Assembly: GCA_907165135.1 (NCBI GenBank)
Contig: OU015568.1
Coordinates: forward strand, 14,260,001 to 14,324,000
Length of the DNA stretch: 64,000 bases
Reading direction: 5' to 3'
Source of the DNA: Oikopleura dioica
Lineage: Eukaryota; Animalia; Chordata
In this document: positions 14,291 through 24,870 of the stretch, piece by piece
How positions within the stretch are numbered: the first letter of the stretch is position 1
How the letters are laid out: each line of letters begins with the position of its first letter
Notes under the pieces: model-generated
What the model saw: the letters and a program-made list of their open reading frames with translations, nothing else
Databases searched by the model: none
Told to the model about the DNA's origin: nothing
Position numbers and translations under genes: made by a program

Positions 14291-14363
14291 TCTTAATTAA
14301 GAAAGCCTTAAGAAACATCAAAAAGATTAAGCTATTATTTCAAAGATACAGAAGTCATGACGA

Positions 14364-17241
14364 TTAGAGCGAGAAAGCCTCATCCTTTTCCTTGATATTC
14401 CTCGAAATATAACTTAAAATTTTCGCTTGCTCGGTACTGAGCGCCTTCATAAATTCTCCATTTTTCACACAGTGGTGTTGTACAAACACGTAGAATGCGT
14501 TTCGGAACTCTTTCAGGTCAGAAGATAGCTGCAACTTCCCACATATTTCCAAGACATCTATTTTATAAATTTAAAATCTTTTCAAAAACCTACATTACCT
14601 TGGGCCGAACAAATGGTCGACATCTCTTTCATCACCGATTTAAAAAACGCCCCAGGTGCTTCTTCGCCAAGTTGGGTAAAGTCAAACTTCTTTAACATCG
14701 TAATTGGGATACATCTCATATGGAAAGCATGCGCCAGAAATTTACCAAGGTTTGAGCTTTGTCGTTCCGTCAGCGTTTCCAGTACACTGAATTTATCCCA
14801 ATATGCGCATTGAGTCGGCATAAGAAATGAGCGATCAAGCTGAAGAAGCTTTTCTGAAAAGAATAAATAAGATGGCTTCAATTTAGATACATCAGAATAA
14901 TAATTAGCATCTAGACAGATTATGTCGTTACGCAAGAAAAATTAATAATTGATGATTTCTTTCAATAAAGTTTTACTGAGATTTGGCCGTATTCATACCT
15001 AAAGTAAGGACGTAAAAAGTGTTCCACTTTTTGAGTCTCATGACAATTTCCAAAATGACAAAAAGGACGTCTTGTCTTTGAGAACCCTTTAATCGCATTT
15101 CCACAATTTTCGAAGCTGCGTCCATAAAATCCATACAAGTATTGAGAAGATAGAAAACGCTGCGTTTATTGTCGGTATTCAATCGTAATTTACGCGCCGC
15201 TGCTTTGAGCTTCTCGCTTACTTCAACTACCTTCTTTACTTCTTTCTTTGTTGAATTGTCTCTAAAATAAAACAATTACTTTTGGAAGACATTTCAATTT
15301 AGAATAAAGTTCTGATCACAGACATAGAATCATTTTATGCTCCCATTATTGACTTACCGTATAACCGTTACTGAGGCACCGACTCGCCACCATCTTCCTC
15401 TCTTTGGAATATCAATAATATCTGACAATCCAACAGCGGAAAATGGCTCGATCTGGACCTGACCGACAACTGCTCTTATCCTTTTCTTGCAATTCTGATC
15501 ACGCTCGCTTTCAATAAAACCAGGGTGAGCTTTCATCGCATTCAAATTGTTGTTCTTGACGTTGAGGAGCATTTCCAACATAAATTTTGCCCTAGATCCT
15601 CCAACAGATTCGATTTCGTCCGATTTCTCGTTCACTTTTGAATGCACATCGATGATGATAGACTTCAGCTCCGCTGGAGCTTCTTTTCGAATAGTAAACG
15701 CGCACTGCAACAGAATCAGTTGAATGAACTCGATGTCGTCTGGCGAAAATCGCTTCGTAAATTGTTTGAAAATCTCAAGAACCAACTTCACATTGAACAA
15801 CTTCAATCTCGTCAAAGTACAAGTCAGAGCCAGTAAATTCTTCATCTTAAACATGTCAATCGAGTTTTCTTCGTTTAGCTCAAAGAATTTGTTGATCAAG
15901 TCTTCAACGAAAAATCCGGTTATTTCTTCAGAAACAAGGTAGTGAATTGACATCAAAAATGAGGAGTAGTCTTCGACCAGTAAGTGGGGAGTTTGGCTTG
16001 ATTGAATGACTTGATTGAAAATTGTGGATGTGATTATTGAAGAAACTTCTTTTCTTGGATTGTTTCTGAAGATCGACTGGAACTCTTGTACAATCGCATA
16101 GAGATTCGAGGACGAGAGTTTATTCAAATGCCCTCGAACAAGCCTTTCTAGAGCATTATTCTGAGCCCGAAGAGCTGGAGGAATGTACTTTTTCACTTCT
16201 GGCTTCGACGCTTGTTCTGGAGTGACTTCTTTAGAGGTTTCTTTCTCATCTTTTTTCGAAGGAGGCATGTCTTCAGAATCAGATTCCTCGCCGTAAATTG
16301 CTTGGAATATTTCAGTATTCTCTTCATCGGTTTCTCCATCAGAATCGCTTGGTTCATCGCCGAAGCCCTCCAGTTCATCTTCTCCATCGTCTTCGTCACT
16401 TTCGGGTTCCGAATCGCCCTCCATAAGCTGACTTTCCTTAGCGGTCCCGCTATCTAAATCTTCTTCAACTTCTTCTTCGTCAGAGTTTTCCTATGAGAAA
16501 CTCAGTGGTCAAGTTATTTCATTAGTTCTTACCTCGAAAGCATCATCGTCGAACTCATCAAATGATTCATCCCCTGAAAAATCCTCTTCCTCAAAACTTT
16601 CGTCTAAATTTGTATTTGCTCCTGCTGATTCCTCTTCAGCTTTCTTTGCCGATTCGAGATCATCTTCGACGACTTCATCGCCAAAGATCTTCAACGAGTC
16701 CCTTATTTCATCCGACGTAGTCAGCTCCTTCTTCTTTTTCTAAATTTTGGGTAAAATTTGAAAATCGCAGCTACTCGCGAAAGTACCTTTTTGATTCCGA
16801 GCTTTCTCTCCATATTTCTAATGATAGCATCGTCCTCGTCAATGCCGGCTTGTAAGTCCTCAATCGTCATTTCTCGACTTTTGACCATTTTCTTTCGATG
16901 TTTCTTTTTCTCTCTTTTCACAATCTTCATTTCTTTTTCTATCGTCGTTAATTCTCTCTTCGGCATTTCTATTTCTTCTGGCTCAGAGGGAATAATCTTT
17001 TGGGGAATTTGTTTCTTTTGTTTTTGAGCTTCATCTTCAAGTATTTTAGAGTTTTTGTTCTTTTGGAAATTCGCTCTTCGTTGTTTTTTGGATTTTCTTT
17101 CTTCTTTTCTAGCGATTTTCCGGGCTTTTCCGGACACCTAATTTAATGGTTGGATTTTATGATTTCTTAGGGAATTTTAGCCGATGTTATTTGATGGATT
17201 ACCTGCTGTGAAGTCTGGTCACCCCTCCGTTTCCGAGTCAT
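14364..17241 (-). CDS. NOM1: Nucleolar MIF4G domain protein NOM1
   Basis: Basic then acidic N-terminus; YIPPALR...VRGHLNKLS (MIF4G start); RGRWWRVGAS; ARKLRLNTD...KWNTFY (MA3 domain). Confidence 0.9.
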
Positions 17242-17469
17242 TTCGCCAGGCCGAACTCAACTCTCTCAAAAGTTCAAATGTAAGGTCAAAAATTCAACGA
17301 CGATGATGGTATCCAACTGGTCGAAGTCGGAGATGACCCCGGCATCGTTCGGTTAGAGTCGGTGTTAGAACTACGAAATCTTGGTGTCATTGCGCGGCAG
17401 TGTGCGCCGATTGGGCGCGTTTGCGCAGCCCAAACTGGCTTCGAGCGATCATTTGTTGTCCAAGCGCGG

Positions 17470-17477
17470 TGACGTCA
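17470..17477. promoter_or_regulatory. CRE palindrome TGACGTCA in the GC-rich region upstream of NOM1
   Basis: Perfect motif about 230 bp upstream of the first gene of the run. A similar one lies at 48760-48767 upstream of CENP-C. The motif also occurs inside coding DNA, so support is weak. Confidence 0.35.
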
Positions 17478-17863
17478 AAACGGCCACCGTCACCAAACTT
17501 ATCCTTATGGTTTCTTAGCTTATTCTTTCACACTTGATATTTTCCGTCTTGGAAACATATTTTTTGAAATCAAGGAAGAGAACCAATTATACAACTTATT
17601 AAAATAAGCAAATAACGTCATATAGTAGTCCCTCAATTATGAAAAGAAAGAGACAACAACTGATTTTGAAATAAGTTATTTTTTTTAATGAAATAGATTT
17701 TGAAGCAAACGGTATCTAGATAAATAATAGCAACAGAAGAAAGACTGGTTGTCGAAATAAATAAGCATTAGAAAAAGCCTGAGATCAATCTGAAAGTGGT
17801 TAACAGGATAAGACGGTAGTTAATTGTTGAGTAGACTCAACGGAAGAGAAGAAAACTATATTT

Positions 17864-20782
17864 TTAAAAGTCTATTTTGCGGCGAGAAGTAGATGGAGCG
17901 CCGGAATCGTTGAAATTGCTTGGAGAGCATGGTCGCTTGTTTCGTCGAGCGTCTGGGGTCATCGTGAAGTCTAAAATTGTTACGTTAAATTTACAAATAT
18001 ATCGAGAATTATCTTCGAGTATATGAACCCTGTTGAACTTGAATAATAACCGGAAGTAAGATTCTACACATTAAAATATGCGCGCATATGAAACCATTTC
18101 TCGTGCTATCTTTTCCAGTCAAAGCTGTTTCTTTCGGTTTCAAGCTGACACATGCGAGCTTCCGATCTATTCATACAGGGAGCTATCGTTTAGTCAATAG
18201 TAATAAATTTCGGTCAATATATATAATCCCATGTCTGCCAAAAATATTTCACTGACCATTCAACTAAATCTTCATGACTATTTGATGCATCGGTACCAAA
18301 CGAGAACTAGACGACATCATGACTTACCTTCACTGATGTGATCTTGCTTGATTTTCTCTTCTTTCATTAGACGAGTGAAGATCATCTTCGCTTCGTTCAG
18401 ATACGTCTCAGTTTCAACAAAAAAGCTGAAGAGGGGTTAGAAAAAGATCGGATCCAATTGTTTCACCTGATGCAGTACTCTGACGAAATGTTCATCGTTC
18501 GGAAAAAGCTTTGACCCTTTCCCTCGCTATAGTCGCTGATGCCGTCCTCGTAAATAGGCAAGTACTCAAGGGGATCCTTGTCTTTCATTCCCATGTTAAA
18601 GGTCGGACTGAAGTTTGAGTGAACAATTATTTTTCAAGCAAAACTTACCCTCGGCTAACATGGAAGTGGCCAGGCTGAACTTGCACTTCGGGATGCTCTT
18701 TGATTGCTTCAAGGTTCTGGATCTCCTTGCACATTTTGTTAACCAACGATTCACGCTCGAAGAAGAAGTTTGTTGCCTTGTCTTTCGTCTCAAACTTTGC
18801 TCTTCCGACGCATTGCCAAATTCGCTGCTCGTCGAGATCTTCCATGATCTCCTTGGCGCGCCCAAGTTTGCGAATCACATTATTTCTCTCCTGGAGCTCG
18901 CCTGTTTTAGGATGAGAACTTTGGCTAGAGGTCAATATTAGTAAAGAGCTTTTTACGATATTGTGAAGATTTTAATAAAGATATCTAAGTAATCTTGCGA
19001 AGACGAAGGTGCGCTTATAAAGTTTGTCATTTTATCGGGCAAATCATTCAACTCAAATACATTCAAAAATTGCGAATTGACGTCAAATTGTGTAATACTC
19101 TTTTTACACAATACTTACATTGCCTCGATTCTCTCGTCAGGACTCGATATAGCCGATCTTACGTAAAGCTCCGTAAATTTACAGTAGGCAGTCATATCAA
19201 AGATCGATTCGCACATTGTGTACCAGCGCTTATCAGATCCTTTCTGGCGAAGAGTGTCTTTGACCAAGTCCAAGGCAAGGGCGAGTTGCTGTTCTGCGGC
19301 AAGGGCTTTCTTATGCTGATAGATTTCTCGATGATTTTTGTCCCGTTGGAGGAGAATGTTCCAGCAATCGTCGGCGATTTTCTTGTGGTAACAAAGGAGA
19401 GTTCGGCCGAGATTAGTCTTGCAGTGGTTGATTCTAATGTTGGCGAAGATACGCTCGTACTCAACGTCGAAGTCGTTTCCTTTGCAGATAAGAGTATCCC
19501 GCTTCAGATAGTCCATGCGATCCGTATCAATGCCCCCCTTTTTGTTTGAAACTATCTCGTACAAGAAAGCATGCGATTCAGGACGTCCTTTCATCGGCCA
19601 GGGTGCGTTATCCTTCAGTCCCTTCAAAGGCGTCGGATCAATTAACTCGATCAAGAACTCCAGATCGATGGGTTGCATTCCATACTCTGCCCATTTAGCT
19701 TTCACATCTTCGTTCGTTTCAAAGATGTGTTTCACAATTGCCTTTAATTTCGGTCAATTTGAGCACCTTTTTATTTTGGGTATCCATGCATAACGAATTA
19801 TCTTCAGAAGTTAGTTAAAAATGACCGTTTCCTTGGAAGCATCTTCGTGTGACCAACTGGTTATGATAGAGGAAGGGTCGTAAGGGTGTTGAAGACCGTG
19901 GACTTTTTCGACTTTTCCAGTTTGTGGATTGACTCTTTCGATATCGCGCATGTTCTTCGGGATCATCTCCCCATCCCAAAAATGGCTCCATGGACCGTGA
20001 CCGATATCATGCAGCAATGCAGCGAGCTTATTGAGATTAATAATGTTCTCATAAGATTATTGACTATAATTAACTCGCATATGAGAAGCTATGCGCATTG
20101 TCTTTTTTTGGTAACTGTGTGCGTCAATCTTTGAGCTTTCGAAATCTCGTTCCTGAACGATTAAAAGATCTTTTTCTCGATCAATGTTAGCGTCCTTGAT
20201 CGCATCGGGGTTATTTGCTACAATTTTCTCTAGCATCTTGCGCGTTAGATGATAAGTTCCAAGGGAGTGGATGTATCTATTGCCAGTTGCACAGGGGTAG
20301 ACATAATCTACCGTGCCGAGTTGACTAATGTACTTCATTCTCGCGAATTCTGGGGTCTTGCGAAGAGCGTCGGCCAAGGGATGAAGCTCGATTGTTCCGT
20401 GAACGGAATCCTTGATGGTTGTGGATTTTTGTGACAGGGAGACGTTCAGTTGATTTCGGAGAATAGCTTTCTCGCCAATTTGGAGATGTTTACCGAAAGG
20501 AGACTTCGGATCATCGAGTTCTCGGATAACTTCTTCGCGCGTGTAATCTAAATAACACTTAAATGAATACACATCATAATGAGATTAAAATGGGTACTTG
20601 ATATGATGCTTCTGTTATGAAATGATAAAGAAAATTGATAATTAACTGATACTTACTGTTACTTTTTAGCAGCTCTTTAGTTTTATCACGCAACGAGGTT
20701 GTATCGAGTTTATTCAGCCATGATGTACAATCGTCATTATGATTGAGATCAAGGGGAGCTACATCTTGCTTGTATCTCTTAC
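17864..20782 (-). CDS. SAMHD1: SAMHD1 dNTP triphosphohydrolase, body of the gene (codon 11 to stop), cut off from its start by the retrotransposon
   Basis: SAM-like segment (CTSWLNKL...LLKSNKASYQCYLDYTREEV...QIGEKAIL); IKDSVHGTIELHP; NRYIHSLG; VQLAALLHDIGHGPWSH; WSHEDAS; FLYEIVSNKKGGIDTDRMDYLKRD; HREIYQHK; FNMGMKDKDP; C-terminal TP and RRKIDF*. Hand-spliced exons: 20657-20782 (plus 27279-27306), 20598-20611, 20153-20557, 19832-20026, 19119-19741, 18649-18924, 18467-18607, 18328-18425, 17864-17970. These total 2013 nt, or 670 aa plus stop. Confidence 0.93.
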
Positions 20783-21038
20783 TATTGGGATCTTAGATTC
20801 GTTAGACTCCCTCGTCCCCTAAGGTCACTTGCTTATCTAGATCGAGCTTTGCTCGGTCGCCGCCGTGTATTTCTCTTCATTCGGTAATTCACGCAGTTCG
20901 TGAATTAACCTCTATTTTACTCCAGCTCGAAATACAGACGTCAAAGATACTTTACTCGTTTTCTTCACTCGTCCAGATATAGAGAGCAGGCAAACTACGC
21001 TAGAAGTGGGAGATTCAGCAGAAGCTAGGATCCCTTCA
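20783..21038 (+). repeat. 5' LTR (256 bp, TATTGGGATC...GATCCCTTCA)
   Basis: Identical by eye to 27019-27274; followed after 1 nt by the PBS. Confidence 0.97.
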
Positions 21039-21039
21039 G

Positions 21040-21050
21040 TGGTATCAGAG
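21040..21050 (+). promoter_or_regulatory. Primer-binding site TGGTATCAGAG
   Basis: Starts with TGG, 1 nt after the 5' LTR; matches the tRNA-iMet-type PBS consensus. Confidence 0.85.
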
Positions 21051-21555
21051 TAGTCCCGTTGGAGAAAAGATAAATTTTTCCGCCATCGACAACCGAAGTT
21101 TCGCAACTTGGACGCTGATTGGCCGTCAGCGGAGTCGAGGGGAACCGAATCACCAACCGCCACCGCGCCGCCGGAGAAACTCCACTCAGAGAATTTTCCG
21201 CGCCGCACCACACCAACACCACCCCGAGCGAGCGCCACCACACGAGCGCCACCACGACCCACGCGCCGAAAGTCGCGCCCACGCAACCACGCACGCACGC
21301 CGGGGAAAACCTAAAATACTGAGAAAAACATAATTCTTTCGCCACTTTTCACCAAAAATCGAGAGAAGTTTACGAAGAATCGACCCTTGGACCAGACCTT
21401 GAAATTTCGACAATCGCTGGACAGAGAAATCGTCGGGCGTTTGCGCAAAAAGGCACCTCAGCTCATCATATTGCGACTTTTAGTCGCAGTATTTTCTGAG
21501 GGCCTGAAAGGTAATCCAAGGCCCATAAACCCTTACTGCCGATATATTTCGAGCT

Positions 21556-24500
21556 ATGGCGGCGAACAAATCACTGCTAGAAACCGTCACCGAAATAAGA
21601 AGCATAAACGATCGAGTAAACTACCTCGAAGAACAAGTGCGAAATGACGAATCACTAAAGCCAAGCCTAGAGCCCTTGATCACAGAAAGCAGAGTAAAAT
21701 TAGAACAGCTCAGTACAACGCTTCTTACCTGCGAGCTCGATCAAGGAAAAGACTCTACGAATGCGACAATGAGAGAAGAAGCATGGGTGGCCACTACCTG
21801 GTCTCGTCACGTCCAAGACTTGCCGAAGCTGGACGCCGCATGCAACACATCTTTCAACACCTTCTTGGGCAGAGCCGACATTTATCACCGCGCCTACGTC
21901 CGCGACAGACCTTCACGTGAACAGCCTTTCATCGCAGCAGTGTACAGCCACTTCGACTTGAACATCGAACGCTCACTTGGAACCGAATTTCTGAATTGTC
22001 AAGACTGGAAATCGGCCAAGGCGCTGCTAGAGAAATCATTCGCCGCGAAGAGTCACTACTTACTGAAGCTAAGCGAAGTTTTCGACGTCGAATACGACCA
22101 TTCGAAGCCGTTTGCACACTACACCGCCAACGTCTTGCAAAAGATGAACGAGGCGAAGCAAGCGACTTTGAACTCTTACCGACAAGAGAAGTCAGCCGAC
22201 GCCGGGGTCGATGAAATATTTGACATATTCTCGACGATGATGCTGTACTTGAATCTTAGGAAAGAAGAACCAGACGTTTTCAACGCAATCCTTCCAAGCC
22301 TATCAAAAGTTTACGATATCAACGAACTCTGCCGTCTCGCCCAATCCACAAGACAGAATCGAGTTGACAGCGCGACCGTCTCCCAGCACTTCAACAGAAA
22401 TAAGAACAAAAAGAAGAAGAATGCTAAGCGCGCCAGCAACGATTCTAAGGATGGGAAAGACGATAAACAACCAGAATCCAAGAAGATAAATACGACTAAG
22501 AACGTTGAAGATTTCCAACCATTCGACGTTCACTTTTACACAGTGAAGAAGAAGCGACCAGGAAAGGCTTATTTCGCTTCGGCTACCATCATTACGGGCT
22601 CTAAAAGTTTTGACGTATCGATGGAAGTCGACAGCGGAGCCGAGTCCTCCTGTCTGTCCGCTGCTTACGTTCCCGACGAATTTCTCCAGATGCTGAAGCC
22701 CTGTCCCTTCAAGGTCACCGGTTTCAGCCCAAATATTCCCGCCGAGCAGCCGATGGGTATCCTTCCCTGCCGCTTATCATTCAATGGTGGCCCTGCATTC
22801 TCCCTGAATCTCACCATTATGCCAGGCAGTAAATACCCAAGTCTACTGGGCCGCGATATACTAGAGAATGCGATGACGGACAGCTTCACAGTCGACAATA
22901 AGAATCGTACTCTCTCATTTTGCTACAACGAAGCCTTCACACAAACTGAGACTCAAGTGGTGAAGCTGGACGGAGTGAAGCGGACCAAAATCAAGAAATA
23001 CTTGACTACTAGATCAGCGGTCAAGGATAGCGATCGATCCCGCACTCAACCGCCACCAAAAGTCCCAAAGCTGGACGCACCTAACAAGAACGCAGCCAGG
23101 TGCCCCATTCAGCTAGCGAAGCAAAAACTCGGAATTACCCTACCAGCAAACGCCGACCCGGGGCAAAAGAAGGTGGTCGCCGAGCTGTGTTTGGAATTCG
23201 ACGACAGATTCGGCTGCGACGGTCAAAAAATGGGTGAATTCCCGTTCGAGATCGAAATCCCGACTGATGGTACGAGTCGAAACATCAGTCAACACCCGAT
23301 TCCGCAAGCTTTTCATGGTCAGGTCAGCGATCACATCTCCGAACTGCTCGAAACGAAAATAATAGAAGAGATCAAAGACCAGAAAGGGTTTAACAGCCCG
23401 GTATTGCCTATTCCTAAGAAATCTGGGGAAATGCGCTTCTGCATCAACTACAAAAACAGCCTGAACAAATGCCTCTCCGACAAATCCGACCCTTACCATC
23501 TCCCAAGCATGGAGGATACGATTGCGAACATTGGACCGGGCAATAAGTTTTTCGCCACAGTTGATCTACGAAGTGGATATTGGCAGTGCCCTGTAAAGAA
23601 AAGCGACAGGTACAAGACTTCCTTCCAGTGGGGTGGGAAATCTTACGCCTTCTGCAGACTACCATTCGGTTATCGATGCTCGGGGAATATATTCTCGCGC
23701 GTCGTAAACACAATTCTCGACTCAAGCCCCACCAGGAAAAAGATGCTTTCTTATATCGATGACATAGTGTGTTTTGGGAAGACTTTCAGCTGCTATTACA
23801 ACACTCTCCGAAACCTATTCATCGCGCTCCGCAAGTTTAACGCTAAACTCAAGGGCGAAAAGTGCTCTTTCCTACAATCCGAAGCTCACTTTTTGGGCCG
23901 AATCATCAACGAAGATGGAATCAAACCGGACCCTGCGCAAGTCTCCGCTCTTCGTCAGATGAAACCCCCACGCTCCCAAAAGGAGTTAGCTTCATTAATC
24001 GGGTCATTGAATTGGATCCGAGGTTTTCTAGAAACGAAAATGGGCGAAGCTATTTCATCCGGTTGCTTCTCGAGCAGAATGAAGCCCATAAACGATGTTC
24101 GAAATTCGGCGAACGAAACAAATTGTTTCAAGTGGACCAAAGAAGCGGATTTGGCGCTCAAGGAAATTCAACGACGACTCTCCGAGACTCCAGTCATAAG
24201 TTTTCCTAACTTTGACGAGTCTTTTCATCTCTACACAGACGCGAGCCTGTACGCAGCGGGTGGCGTCCTGCTACAAGAGTATGGCGGGAGAGTGCACCTA
24301 GTAAGCGCGATTTCCCACACCTTCAACAAAGCTGAAAGAAAATGGAACACTTCAGAAAAGGAAATGTTTAGCATTGTCTGGTGCTGCGAGCGACTGGAAA
24401 AGCTCCTGAAAGGTAGATTCTTTCAGATTCACACAGACCACCGATCTTTGATCTTCCTACACAAAAAGAAGTTCAAGAATTCTAAAATAAGCCGATGGCA

Positions 24501-24870
24501 AAGCCGATTGGAAGAATTCGATTTTCACATTGTCTACATCAAGGGATCAGAAAATCAATTCGCCGACTTTATGAGCCGCAGACCTGGCGAGGACGACAAA
24601 TCACTTGGATACGACTCTGAGTTTCCCGTTGGTCGCGAGTACGAAATCGACAAGAATTCACCAGTACGTGTCTTCGTCCCTTTCTGGAACGAAAATCAGT
24701 TTCCGGAGAAAATCACTTTATCAGAGGTGAAGATACATAAGGTAAACGTCAAGGCTATCGCGGCGCCAATGGAGATTCCGTTGGTGTCAGCGAATTATAA
24801 TAACATTCTGGACTATCAAAGGGAGGACTCTGCTCTGAGTGCAATCATCACTTTTCTGGAATCTGGTTAG
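21556..24870 (+). CDS. Gag-protease-RT-RNase H polyprotein, ends at TAG
   Basis: Protease VDSGAESS; RT VDLRSGYWQ, LPFG, YIDD; RNase H YTDAS, EKEM, HTDHRSL, ADFMSR. No CCHC knuckle seen in Gag. Confidence 0.95.
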   Translation: MAANKSLLETVTEIRSINDRVNYLEEQVRNDESLKPSLEPLITESRVKLEQLSTTLLTCELDQGKDSTNATMREEAWVATTWSRHVQDLPKLDAACNTSFNTFLGRADIYHRAYVRDRPSREQPFIAAVYSHFDLNIERSLGTEFLNCQDWKSAKALLEKSFAAKSHYLLKLSEVFDVEYDHSKPFAHYTANVLQKMNEAKQATLNSYRQEKSADAGVDEIFDIFSTMMLYLNLRKEEPDVFNAILPSLSKVYDINELCRLAQSTRQNRVDSATVSQHFNRNKNKKKKNAKRASNDSKDGKDDKQPESKKINTTKNVEDFQPFDVHFYTVKKKRPGKAYFASATIITGSKSFDVSMEVDSGAESSCLSAAYVPDEFLQMLKPCPFKVTGFSPNIPAEQPMGILPCRLSFNGGPAFSLNLTIMPGSKYPSLLGRDILENAMTDSFTVDNKNRTLSFCYNEAFTQTETQVVKLDGVKRTKIKKYLTTRSAVKDSDRSRTQPPPKVPKLDAPNKNAARCPIQLAKQKLGITLPANADPGQKKVVAELCLEFDDRFGCDGQKMGEFPFEIEIPTDGTSRNISQHPIPQAFHGQVSDHISELLETKIIEEIKDQKGFNSPVLPIPKKSGEMRFCINYKNSLNKCLSDKSDPYHLPSMEDTIANIGPGNKFFATVDLRSGYWQCPVKKSDRYKTSFQWGGKSYAFCRLPFGYRCSGNIFSRVVNTILDSSPTRKKMLSYIDDIVCFGKTFSCYYNTLRNLFIALRKFNAKLKGEKCSFLQSEAHFLGRIINEDGIKPDPAQVSALRQMKPPRSQKELASLIGSLNWIRGFLETKMGEAISSGCFSSRMKPINDVRNSANETNCFKWTKEADLALKEIQRRLSETPVISFPNFDESFHLYTDASLYAAGGVLLQEYGGRVHLVSAISHTFNKAERKWNTSEKEMFSIVWCCERLEKLLKGRFFQIHTDHRSLIFLHKKKFKNSKISRWQSRLEEFDFHIVYIKGSENQFADFMSRRPGEDDKSLGYDSEFPVGREYEIDKNSPVRVFVPFWNENQFPEKITLSEVKIHKVNVKAIAAPMEIPLVSANYNNILDYQREDSALSAIITFLESG

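Noticed and set aside
20912-21345. Antisense ORFs across the LTR and leader
   Set aside because: They arise from GC-rich low-complexity sequence, have no recognisable domain, and stop inside the LTR.
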